Notes under the pieces: model-generated
What the model was told of the DNA's origin: nothing
Database searches by the model: none
Seen by the model: only the letters and a program-made list of their open reading frames with translations
Program-made: the position numbers and the translations under genes
Shown: positions 51,232 through 64,000 of the stretch, piece after piece
Layout: each line of letters begins with the position of its first letter
Position numbering within the stretch: the first letter of the stretch is position 1
Source of the DNA: the human T2T-CHM13v2.0 reference genome, Homo sapiens
Strand: one strand, 5' to 3'
DNA: 64,000 bases
NCBI RefSeq assembly: GCF_009914755.1
Contig: NC_060932.1

Positions 51232-53756
51232 CTCTAAGGATTTCACATGGATTATCTCATTTTGTCTTCCCAACAGCTCAACAAAGTAAGTCCTATTATG
51301 AAGGTCATTCTTATAAGTGAGGACACTGAGGCACTAAAAGGTTTAAAAAACCTGCCCAGAGTCACAGAGTTAGTACATGGTAATATATAGGCTTCACACG
51401 TAGGGAGATGGCACCAAGAATCAAGAAGCTTACCACACTCATTGGAAAGAACTGATGTGATGGGGCTAGTTTCCAGAGGAGGACAGTGGCCTGAGTGTTT
51501 ATCCACTTAATGGACATTTCTTGAGCTCTGCTGTGTCACTGAACCATGCTCTTATGGAAGGCACAATCTAATGGGGGATTCAGACATGTATGTAAACTCA
51601 CAGATATCTTTTCTTTTTAGTTTAGGCCAAGGCTAAATTATTTCAAAAGAAACTGTTGTAATTAGGAAAATGAGAGAAAATAATGCAAACAAGAAAAAGG
51701 GAGCAGTGGGGTTCCCTTGCTGATAGAAGCAAAGAGAAAGTTGAGATCAAAGACAGTTATAGTTCTTAACTATGAACAGAAAGTTTGGGACAAGTCAAGC
51801 AGTGGAATGAGAAATTCAGCAGCAGCCCGGTTCTGTGAATCTCAGCAGTGCACTATAGACTCTCCGGGCCCAAGGTGTCCGATTAGATCGGACCCAGCCC
51901 AGCTGGGACAAAAACACTCACAAGCACATCTAGATGAGCTCACTTTTGGACTGCATTTTTCCCTCAATCAAAATACATCTTTTGGGGTCTCAAAGAAAAG
52001 GAAAAGGAGGAAACAGCAGAGATAATACCTCCAGTAGGAAAGGGCATTCTCTGGCTCTCCCAGTGCTCAGGACAGCCTGAGCTGTCTTCCCCGGAATGGT
52101 TACCGGCACTGATGGGAAAACACTTTCCAGACTTGAGGCATGCCTGTCATGGTGGCCCTGGCTGTCATCCAGCCACTCTAAGGTGTTGCCCTCTTTTGCA
52201 AAATTGGCAGATATAGGTCAATGAAGCCCCTGACCTTAGCTCACTCCCCTGGACTTTTGTCCCTCCAGCCCATCACGACTGCGTTCACCATTTCTTCAAG
52301 TGGAATGTTCCTTCGACAACTTAAAATAGTTTCAAAAAATGTTTCACAGAAAAGAGAAAAGGTCAAGGTTACAGGAAGCTGGCTCACCTTTTTTTTTTTC
52401 TTTTTGACCACTGTCAGAAAATGATTTTGTGAGCTAAGATAAGGACTTTGATTTTTATTTCTGAAATATTTTATTACTGTTTTAAAAAGAGACCGTGAAA
52501 AGCACTTCAGGACGTTCAGTTAGGGAAGAAGTGACCTGGCCCCAGTCCATGGTTTCCTCACACCCTCCATCACCTCCAGTGCCTGCTCCTCATCTATAGG
52601 AACTGAGGAGACTGGAACCCCTAAAAGCCAAACAGCTTTCTAGCTTCTGTTCACCAGGCAGCAATCCATTACCTACTGATTTCAGAATAAGGGAAACATA
52701 TTTCCAGTAGAACATACAGTATCTTCCTTTGAGGATCTTTTTTTAACCTCCATTATCTTTATTGCAGCCAATGGACATAGAGGTAGGGAGACAACCACAG
52801 CACAGGTGGAAAGAGTTCCAAATTCTCCTAGTTCCCCCTGTGATGTGCGCTAAAGCTCTCAATGATATTTGCCCTTTCAACATAAAAGTCAATCAGATAA
52901 AATGGAAGGATGGAAAGTCAATAGATGGTCCACTGGCAGGAAGACTGTCTTTGCTCTCTTCTCACATGCAGATGAGGGACATTTCCCTCATCTAGTTACC
53001 TTTGGCGCCAGAAGCAGTGTACTTCGTGATTGGGGCAAACTCTGGGCCAGATCTTGTGGTCTGAAATTCAGACTCTGCAGTTTACTAACTGTGTGATTTT
53101 GAGTGACTGCTTAATCTCTCTGGGCCCCTTTTCTTCATCTGTAAAGTGGGGGTAATAATGGCATCCACTTCTTAGGGTAGTTGTAACCAATAAATGAGTT
53201 AATACAGGAAAGGCCCTTTAATAACTATGCCATAATGTTTTTGCTATTATTTTTATTCCTGTAAGAAAAGGAGCCAAAGAGTGGAATAAGATGAGTTTAT
53301 ATTGAGATCCTAAAAGACAGAAAGCTAGTCCCTGTTTCTCAATCCTCCTTCTAAAGTCACTTTAACCATCAGCTCCCATCTATGCAGACAGCAAACTCAG
53401 CAACAAGAAAGAGCCCTTAATACTTCATCTCAAGTCACCAGAAACTCATAGGAAGGCACAGAAGACCAAGTTACAAACTACTCCTTTCATTCCTGCATAC
53501 ATTCTCTATACCTGTTGACAAGCTGCCCTGTGGTGTATCATCTGTAGGGCCAATTAATCAAGGATTATTTGAAAAACATTTTGGAAGAAAAAAAATCAAG
53601 CAATGGATAAGGTTGAGCGGATTTGCCTAGCTGTCAAATTGCATAATGCCAAAAAGTAGAGTGAGAGGAAAGTGGGTAAGAAGAGCTAAACCATAAGGGT
53701 TCCCTTCCTTCCACTTTTGTACCAGGCCTGCCCTTATTTCATAATCAGTTTTCTTA

Positions 53757-54054
53757 CTGGCATGGTGGTTCACACCTGTAATCCCAGCACTTTGGGAGGC
53801 TGAGGCATGAGGATTGTTTGAGCCCAGGAGTTTGAGACCAGCCTGGGCAACATAGTGTGACCCCATCTTTACAAAACAATTTAAAATTAACTGGGGATGG
53901 TGGCATGGGCCTATAGTCCCAGCTACTCAGGAGGCTGAGGTGGGAGGATCACCTGAGCCCGGGAGGTCAAGGCTGCAGTGAGCAGTGATCACGCCACTGC
54001 ACACCAGCCTGGGTGACAGAGCAAGGCCCTGTCTCAAAAAAAAAAAAAAAAAAA
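53757..54054 (+). mobile_element. Alu (AluJ-like)
   Basis: gagcccaggagtttgagacc, gaggtcaaggctgcagtgagc, poly-A tail. Confidence 0.92.
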
Positions 54055-54081
54055 GTGTTCTTTCACGGTGATGTGTCTTAG

Positions 54082-54461
<380 letters not shown>

Positions 54462-57400
54462 ATATCTCCCTTATTTTTCCAAAAAAGAATGACTGGATGG
54501 ATGGATAGATGAAAGAAACATATATACATATGTGATAGGTAGATATACAGATGATTGAGAGAGAGATGTGAGTTTCTTCCTATACTTAATCCATTTGAAA
54601 GACAAGTATCTAGTTTTTCACAAATATTCACGATCTCAGTTATGGAAATCTCTGGGTTTCACCCGAATCAGTTTTCTGTGCAGGCATAGGCTTCTTGTGT
54701 ATTTCATTATAACACAAATTTTCTTTTCAATTTCCACTAAAATTTTATCTCTCATTTGATGAGCAATTTTCATACTAGCTGAGACACCAGCTGAAACTGT
54801 TTTACAAAGTGTTTTTTCTTTATTTCTTTCTTTGGAGAGTATATGGTGAATTGCTTGTATTCATAGGACCAGGTCACTGCTGAATTTTACATTCTATTGT
54901 TTCATTTACCCCAGACTTTGGTTTTCTAGTTAAGAACTAAAACTGTCTTTGATCTCAACTTTCTGTTTACTTCTGTCAACAATACTTGGTCACCTTTCCT
55001 TTCAAATCTTTTGTGTGTTTTTTTTTTAAACACAGAAAAATCAGTTTTCTTTTACTTCACGAATACCACCATGAGATGTGGAGGCCTGGGCAGTCAGCTA
55101 GATGAACTCACTTAGCATCTTGACCTCAGACCAGTCTGGAAATATGACACCTCATGGCACTTGGTCCCTACTTGAGCCCCCATGACATAATGTCTCAACT
55201 TGCAAGTCACCTTCATACATATTTGTATTACTTGTCTCAGCATAAATGAAATGCTTCAGTAACAACCAAATCTCTTATGTATAACCATCTAAAGAGAGGT
55301 ATCAATATTTCAAAACATTTTCTATAAAGTAAGATAGTGAGCAGATTTGGGGGTTTTGTTCTCCAACTTTTTTTCCAGTGTCTATTGGAGATAACACCAT
55401 TCACTTTAAGCTTTAGAGATGAAGGAATATTTTTAATAAGGAGTGATGTCAAATAGTGTATGCTATAAAGTAGTATGTGTAACCCAAATACAGTATCCTT
55501 GCTTTCCAGTTTCTATTCAAGAGTTCAAAAACGAGCCTGTTGGATTTCTGAACTTGATTTTGAGGCTTGAGCATATAGAGTACTACTTGCTTTTCTGGAA
55601 TTACTTGGCTTGAGTTACACCCTGTGAAATGTTCCAGGGATTGCTGTCTATTCATTTTGAATCTATCTAATTCTAAGATAAATCAGATAACACTAAAGAT
55701 ACTTCCTTTATTGCCCAGAAATAGATTGAGCTTCAATTTCAAGTCTGTTATTAAAACTGCAAATGCTTCCCCTAGGAAATCTTCTTCAAGATTGTCCTTG
55801 AAGAATGGAAGCTGCTCCTGGGCTGAGTATTCTTTTTTCTTCCTCGTTGGCCCTTGATCTTTCTGCTTTCATCTTGATCTCAGCCCAGCTTGTGCCTCAT
55901 TAAAACCACCTCACTGTGGACTGATGAATGAAAAGGAAATCCGTGCCATATAAAAGAAACCCCTTCCTGACAATCCAGCACCATAAAAGACAAAATCTCT
56001 TCATTGATAACAATGCTAACATTGGGGCAACACTTGAGTGGATTTTCAAAGCCCTCAGTTCCATGGGCATTCTCTCCTTAGAGCTCTGAGGTTGGCAATT
56101 CTTACTGTGAAGTGGTGGCAATTATCCATCCAGACCTCTTGACTGTTGTGAGACAATCCTAGGACCTCCATTCAGGGCATTAGATGTAACTAAGCTTCTA
56201 ATTATCACATTATGCAGCCTGGAAATAAATTGAAATCTGAGATTTCATTCAATTAAGAAAAGGCACCCGGAGTCCACTTAGCGATGCAGTGCCGACTAGA
56301 GCTGCTCATGGCTGACCCAGCTGTACCTAAATGGCGATGTGGCTTCTCCACCATGCTCACACTTTACGGTGATTGCTTTGCCCAAATCAATTGGGCAGCA
56401 GTGTGTCCGTTATTAAGAGACCTGTATAAGTCCATCCTTTTCACAAAACAGACACTCTCACATAATCATTGAGGGGTGTAAGCATCATTTGAGTTTACAG
56501 CAGTTTTCCCAATGTCAGATGTCAGAATGCCCTAAGGTGCCTGTTAAAATATCCTACTCCAGACCCACCAAAGCAAATTTTCCAGGAGATTCTTATGCTC
56601 AGGAATGTATGGGAAACACCAGTTTCATAGCAATCTTTATCTTAAAAATGGGTGCAAAACCACAATTCACTTTTATCCCAAACATTTATGAGGTGAATAA
56701 TGTATCCTTTCTGCAATATTCTCTGGCAGATACAAAGAGAAATTAAATAATAAATCAATAATAAAATACATCCATGTTATGTACCAGGTGCTTTGTATAG
56801 TCATCTCCAGATTTTCACAACAAATATATGAGGTTAATTGTAGTTTCCCATCTTACGGATAAGAAACTGAGGCTGAGAAAGAATAAGTCACTTGCTTAGT
56901 TGCATAGCTGGTAAATGGTGGAACCCCAGTCATTCCAGCTCCTCATCCCATGTGCCAATCATTACTTTCCTGGTTTCCCTTTCTCCTCGAGCAAGATAAG
57001 ATGTGTGCTTGGAGCACAATACAAGACAAAATGTGTGTGGGCCCCGTGAGGCTGGAAATGCCAAGTTCTAACAGCGCTAAGCGAAGAACTGTTGATGTAG
57101 TCTCCATCGAGTCAGAAAGACTTCAAGAAGGAAGCAAAGGGGTCAGGTAAGATGAGGTAGGTGGGAAGAAGGGAGTGTTATAGGGAGGAGGAAGGGCAAT
57201 AGGGAAAAGAGGATATTGCTTTTTAAAAACAATAACCATAAGCATTTATTAAGCACTGAAATGCCAGGCAGTTTCTCTGTGCTTTAAATGTGTTCTCACG
57301 TTTAGTTTAATGCTCACATCAGCCTAGTGAGAGCAGGGACTCAAAGCCCCCTTTCGACTTTTTTAAGTCCGTTGTCACAGAGAACAACTAAAGTTCTGTC

Positions 57401-58343
57401 CACTTCTTTCCTTCCCTCCCCTTGTCCCTTGTGAGGAAATTCACACTCCAGTCAGGAAATTCACACAGAGTGAACCTTCTGCAGACAGGCCAGCTGGTGC
57501 TGGGAGAGGGCCCAGTCCAAACGTTGGGAACCCCAGAGAAAGCTTTATTTCATGTTGCTAAGCAAATGCTGAAGTATGTGGAGCTTAGGTAAACCACTTG
57601 AAGTGAACTAAATTGTTCATAATAATTAAATGTTCCGGGCTCTTCAGAAAGTTCCACGGCCATTAGTCATGTTCTTTGATCCATGAACTTGCTCTCCTCA
57701 GAATGTGAATCAGAGGTGAGGCCCCTTTGTGTGTGACACTGAAGGGCCCTGAGACAGGGGTGGGTGCGGGTGACGGGGGTGGTGGGTTAAGCATGGCCAG
57801 CGCTGCTCAGAGAGACAGGACCATTTCTCGGCTTTGTAACTGTCTTTAATGTTCTTTTTAAAAACTTTACACTAAGAATTGCACAGAACTGGGGACTGGA
57901 CTTAAAATGATTGAATTTGGTCTCCCTCCAGTGCCCCATCCTTCCCTTCCCTGGCACCCAGCATCTTTATGCCCCAGGCACCAACGCTGTCAGGGGAACC
58001 TGACCCAGGAGGCAGACTTGTCATGTGCTGCAGCTGGTATTCTTCCTCTCTCACTTCCTTGCAATCTCTTATCAAAACTCACCAGCATAGAGTCCCATTC
58101 CATCACTGCTAAAGGATAATGATGAGAAAGGAACAAACTGTCCCTGTTCTAGGAGGCACATCACAGGTGCTCTTCAAAAATTAACTCTTCCAATATTCAC
58201 CATAACTTTAGGAGTAAGAAATATTTTAATTGATGAGGAAAATAAGGAGGGGTTGAGTGATGGAAGTTTATGTTGTTAATAAGCGACAGAGACAAGATAT
58301 GAATCCAGGACCAAGTCAAAAGTCAATCATTTTCTACTGTACA

Positions 58344-61300
58344 TGAGTTAGTTTGGGTCCTTGGAGAAGCAGATGCAGAGTCAGGATTAAACATGTAAAT
58401 GATTTACTGGGGAGCCCATGTTAAGGAAAGGGGAGGGAGCAGGAGCAGGCAAGGAGATCCTGCAGGTGGAAATGCAGGTCTGGCCCCTGTGAAAGAGAGA
58501 GAAAAGGGCAGGGATGGGCTGGGAGACCGTTAGCCACAGCACAGTTCCTAGAAAGGTTAGGCCAGCTGATGGGGAGCCCTGAGCCAAAGTTGCCTGTTGG
58601 AAGAGTCCTACATCTCTAGAGAGATCTAGAGGTCTTTAAGAGCATTAGGACCATGCCATGCTCAGCCCTGGGCTGGGAGCAGCCTGGGGGATGTTGGCCT
58701 CACTGTGAACAGGTGGTAGATCCAGACAGGAGCTGCTGGGCTGTCAGTCAATGTTCTCTGCAGCAGGAGATCCGAGGTCTGAGTTGTGCCTCTTCATGGC
58801 CACCGCAGTCACAGTTACCCACACGGCAAGATCTACTTTACACAGATTCAGGAAGCAGCTCCTCCATGGATCCCATAGGTCACTCTTCCTGAGGAGAGAT
58901 TTAGATGAGAGAGGTTAGGAATACGAACTACAGTGCTTCTTGTTAGTCCTGGGACCACATCTGGTTCTCATCCTCTGCCTCCTCCACTGTCCGTTCAAAA
59001 GTCCCTCATCCTCAGCTATCACCTAGGCAGGGCTCAGAGGACAGGGCTGTGACATGTGTCCATTCACAGTCGAAATGGGGCACAGGAGTATTAGTAGGTA
59101 TCCAAGTGGATGCCCTGGGTTCTGGGTTATGCAAATTCTTCCCTGTCCCCATTGTATAGAAGCACCCTACCTCCTCCTGCTGACAGGGGCAGTGACGCCC
59201 AGCAGGATGGTGAGCCCTCTTCCCACCAGCTGGTCCTTCGACACAAGGAGTCCAAAGTGCCTTTGTGGCAATCTTAGCTTATAGTGCAATGGGACCCTTG
59301 TTGTGCCCTCTTGCAAGAGAACACCCCCCACTGGGAACTCCCAATTGTGAGAAAAGGAATCATAAAATCCCTGTGTACCTTTAGGAGTGATAAGTAGAGT
59401 CACTCCTGCTTTCACCTCTTGGTTCCAGACCCATGCATTCTTCCATAAGGAACACAGTGGCATATATAGGCCTCTGATTTAACGTATGCATGGCTACAGC
59501 CTGGAGGATGGCTCCCACTCTCCGAATGCTGCCTCCAAGCTGGCTTTTGAGCTATGCCTTTAGGAGGCCATTCCAGTCCTCCACAAGGCTGGCTGCTTCT
59601 GGATTGGATGTGTGATACATGGTCATGGGACCACTCCTGTACCCACAGCTAGTTCCCTGGTCAGGTGTTATATTGTGTGTGAGCCCATACCTGTGAATAG
59701 GATATTCTGTAAGTCCAGTGATCGTGCTAGCTGAGGGGCTGACATGGAGAGGCAAACCATGTCCAGAACAGGTGTCTATTCCTGTGATAATAAGTTGCCA
59801 ACCCTTCGGGATAGGAGGGGCTCAATGTAGTTGGCTTGCCACAAGAGGCTATCTGTCCCCTCAAGGAATATTACCATAACAGGGGTTCAGTGTATTGTCT
59901 GTGGCTGACAGGTTGCACACTCAGGCAGCAGTAACTCCCATGCTAATTGGGACTCCCTGCTTCTGGGCCCAAACTCAACTTCCATCTCCTTCCCTCCGTG
60001 CATGTGCCCTTTCTGCCAGTTATGGTGGCTGATGGCAAAGGCTGCTAACCTCATCTGGCTGAGCCACTTTGTCTACTTGGTTATTCAAGTAACCAAGTAA
60101 CCAGGTAAATGCTTTCTGGTGCATGCTACTATGTGATACAAATGTGTTCCCACATCAGTACATCCATTCCCATGCCTGTAGCCCAGACCTCCTTGTCTCC
60201 AGTCTCCCAGTTCTCCCCTTACCAGATGTCCAAGCCATTGGCCACTGCCCAAAAATCTACTTCTGTGATTTATATTATCATCCCCTACCTCAGAAGAGCA
60301 CCATCAACAAGCCCTGTAGACTCAGATTTCCCAACAGACATGGTGACCACCGTGTCATCTGGGCCCTCTCTGGGAATATAATCCTCTGATCGGTCTCCTG
60401 GTCTTGCATAACACACCCACTCTAGCATACCTACTTGCCTGCGCTTTTTTATGCCTTCCTCTACTGTCTGCCGAGGAAACTCTTGTATTTTCACTTTGCT
60501 CAGCAAGGGCCATCACTCTTTCCAGGTTTCTATGAGCCACTCTAGCAATGAATTTGCCTCATCCCCCAGGGTGGTCACTAGTATTCAATCCCATGTCTCA
60601 ACAAAGGTGCCCAAGAAAATGAGTTTTGTTAATCATACACTCCAGCCCCTTTGATCCAGCACCCTCAAAATCTATTTCCAGGAGTACTCCTCTGATAGCA
60701 GCTATATTCTAGCAAGTCCTGAAGCCTCTTCAGTGTATAATCTCTTTCCTCCTTCTCAAGCCCAGCAAGTTCTCAGCCAGATAATGCTGGGATTTAACCT
60801 GATGTTCACCTGGCAGCCAGGTGAGGACATGGGAGCAGCTCCTGTTGACCTGTGGAGGAGAGGTCTCTGCAGCCTCTCCCACAGAGGGGAAGCACTAGCT
60901 TGTTCTAAGAAAGGGTAGGTTGCCTTGGCAAACTCAGAGGATTTGGGGCAGTCTTCAGAGACCTCCACTTAGATGTCTCCCTTCCATATTCCAGGGCCCC
61001 AGGTTTTCTCATCCAGGGCCCTGACCTTAGCATAATGGACCTGCTCTGCAATTCTAAGTAACTGTCTAACTGATACACGCTGCTCAGCTGTGTCCAGTGT
61101 CAACTGCAGGAGATGGGGGTCTCTTTGTTCACTGCCAAAGAGAACCTCTGGCTCTCACATTTAGCCTTTAACTGCTTGTCAAGGCCTCAGCTTCTCACTA
61201 GAAAGGCTCCCATCTCATCCTCTGCAGGGCATCAGGCAAATGAGTAGTAACCAGCCAACCCCACTGATCTTGCAGACATCTCCCCCTGCCCCTACAATTT

Positions 61301-61966
61301 TCAAACTCCTGAATCATTACTCCTGCAAGGTGGCTCTCATCACTGGGGAGTTTTCCAGGTTACCATGGGTAAAAAGTTTAGTATTTGGGCCTTCACTCTG
61401 TGCCAGAGATCACTCATTTTCTATCTATCACACAGGATGGTGCCCCCTTTGCCTTCCAGGCTGTGAGTAAGCCCATCTCACAACCTCGTTTTACCACCTG
61501 TCTTTTCACCCAACTCCTGACATCACTTGTGTTAGTTTGGGCCCTCCGGGGGTTAAGTATGCAAGAGGCTTGTTGGAGGAAGTGCCTGTGAAGGATAAAG
61601 GGGAGGGAGCAGGAAGAGGCAGGCAGAGCCTTCAGGCCACAATGCAGGTTGAATTCCTGCGAAGGAGACCGGGAGGGAGGGGACTGGATAGGAAGAGTCT
61701 GGGACTGCAGCACAGTTCCTAGAAAAGTTCAGCCAGCTGATGCGGAGCCCTTGAATCAGAGTCGTGTGTCGGAGGAGTCTTGCATCTCTCAGGAATGGAC
61801 CAGTAGTAATACCACCACCATGGTCAGTCACTAGCTGGGAGCAGTCCACAGGAAATGTGGCATAGGGGCAAACACAGTGGACGATCCAGAGTGTTAACTG
61901 CTGGGGGCATCAGCCAGTGATGCTCCCTACAGCAGAACTCAGCAGTGCATTTTCATGAGCACCTCA
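58344..61966 (-). mobile_element. Ancient ERVL-MaLR provirus: 3' LTR ~58344-58807, internal gag/integrase/dUTPase remnants, 5' LTR ~61528-61966 (late MLT1 group)
   Basis: The two LTRs align (gttagtttggg, aaaggggagggagcagga, cagcacagttcctagaaa, ccagctgatg). Minus-strand fragments resemble ERVL gag (TVEEGIKKRRQVGMLEWVC), integrase (GLTEYPIHRYGLTHNITPDQGT, PEAASLVEDWNGLLK) and dUTPase (VPLHYKLRLPQRHFGLL). PBS at 61508-61525. Confidence 0.82.
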
Positions 61967-63399
61967 ATAATACACTAATGCCCAGACTAAGTCTGGCTAT
62001 GATGTTAAAGATAGATAAAACCTAGATAACATTCACATTTTGATAGCTATATATAAAAAAATTACAACAATAGAGAATAGAGGGATTTTAAGATGTATAG
62101 CAGGACCAATGGGAAAAAAATAATTTGGTGCAATTGAATCTCCCTTGGCCCTCCTCAAATCAGATCACATAGGAAGCTACTCTGTATGGTGCCATTTTTG
62201 AAGAAATACATGCCCTTGATAACCTTATAAAATGGAAATGATACCATTTTAGAATTCAAAGGAAGGTGGTTCAATTAGGGAGTTGGGAATGAAATGCTCA
62301 AAATAAAGTCATTTCTGCCTTCCTATCTTGGGCAGAGAGGTGAATAGCCTTACAGTTGAATGAAGCAATTTTTCCACCTGCATTTTTAATAGCCAGGGAA
62401 AGAGAATGGTGATGCCAGTCTGCAGAGACTCTTAAAATTGGAAGGGACCCAATAAATCATGTTCATTGTACATTGACCTCCTATTTAGCAGTAAAACCTG
62501 TGCAAGATTCTCACCCTCAATTCCTAAGGGGTTAATTGTCCTAGACTTGCATGCCTCCAGTGACAGGGACCTCACTGCTTCCCGAGATAGCCAATTTTGT
62601 GGTTAGACTGCTCTAGTTTTATAATGCTGCTTTCAAAAGTAATAGAATCAGCACTCTTTGCCACACTTGGCCATGTATTATCAAATATTATCTCACTCAG
62701 GGAGGGAGAATTTTTTTTTCTGTTTCATAAAAGGGGAGCCTGAGATTCAGAGTGACTAAGTGATTTGCTCAATGTCACACAACTGGAATTCAATTCCAAG
62801 CCCAGTTCTGTTCCTCCATCTCCCCGCAAACGCCTTAGAGTGTGCTTGAATCTGTCTCTAATTTTCACTTCTACTGATTCTAGTTCACACTCAGAAATCT
62901 CACAGTACAAGCCTACTCTTATCATACACATGATGTTCCTTCCAGTGTCTGGGTCAGTCCTTGCATTATACTGTATGTCATTTTAGTTTCCAGGTTAAAT
63001 GCCCAATTTCAACTGTTTCTCAAATGCCTCATTCCCAGATATCCTCAGACAGTCTCGCCCAGATGCATTTCAGGTTTCTAATATCCCTTTTAATGTGACA
63101 CATCTTGAACTGAGCACATCCTCCAGGCATATTATGACTTGTGCGATGTGGAAACAAGCTATCACCTCTCTTTCCCCACACACTGTACTTCTGTTGATGC
63201 AATGACATCATGCTATTGACTCCAAAAACATATAAGCAATTAATGCCACTAAATCCTTTTTCACACAGGCAGCTATTAAATTGTATCTTCCTCATTCTGT
63301 ACAGGTACAATGAGTTTTTTGAATCATATTCATTCTGCTTAACTTAAAAATGTTCCAAAAATATTGTTCCAGACTGTTAAAATTTATAGTTTTGGGGTT

Positions 63400-63710
63400 T
63401 TTTATTTGTTTGTTGTTGTTGTTGTTTTTGAGACAGAGTTTTGCTGTTGTTGCCCAGGCTGGAGTGTAATGGCACAATCTTGGCTCACCGCAATCCCCGC
63501 CTCCTGGGTTCAAGCGATTCTCCTACCTCAGCCTCCCGATAGCTGGGGTTACAGGCATGTGCCACCATGCCCGGCAAATTTTGTATTTTTAGTAGAGATG
63601 GGGTTTCTCCATGTTGGTCAGGCTGGTCTCGAACTCTCGACCTCAGGTGATCCACCCGCCTCAGCCTCCCAAAGTGCTGGGATTACAAGTGTGAGCCACT
63701 GCGCCTGACC
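63400..63710 (-). mobile_element. Alu (AluS-like) with (TTG)n-degenerate tail
   Basis: Full dimer ending gagccactgcgcctgacc. Confidence 0.92.
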
Positions 63711-63813
63711 AAAATTGTTAGTCCTGTTAACATGATTTCAATGCCATTTTCAATTTCAATTGAAGATGACCTGATTTCAGATGCTACCAAATCACATCAT
63801 CATCAATAAATTA

Positions 63814-64000
<187 letters not shown>

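Overview
Primate (most likely human) genomic DNA: the CRH locus. It holds the last intron, final coding exon and 3'UTR of TRIM55/MuRF2 (+ strand, to ~13.2 kb). Tail-to-tail with it is the complete two-exon corticotropin-releasing hormone gene (- strand, ~14.07-16.15 kb), with a readable promoter (TATA, CRE, nGRE, kB site), an intronic RE1/NRSE and a 113-bp purine/pyrimidine tract. The ~48 kb upstream is gene-poor and rich in LTRs: a THE1B-type solo LTR 2.2 kb upstream (already reported to control placental CRH), two MER11, MLT2A1, a second THE1, several MLT1 and an old two-LTR ERVL-MaLR provirus, plus Alus, L1, MIR/L2, MER20, MER30, Tigger3 and a 33-nt U2 fragment. I found no convincing new protein-coding system. 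The least explained signals are three local templated duplications (about 91-93% identical to their donors by hand count), each with a fold-back hairpin at its junction; an iterated filler where one MER11 is truncated; a perfect inverted repeat between the CRH TATA box and start site; and several primate LTRs co-oriented with CRH. Repeat subfamily names and the lncRNA call come from memory of consensus sequences and annotation, not from a search.
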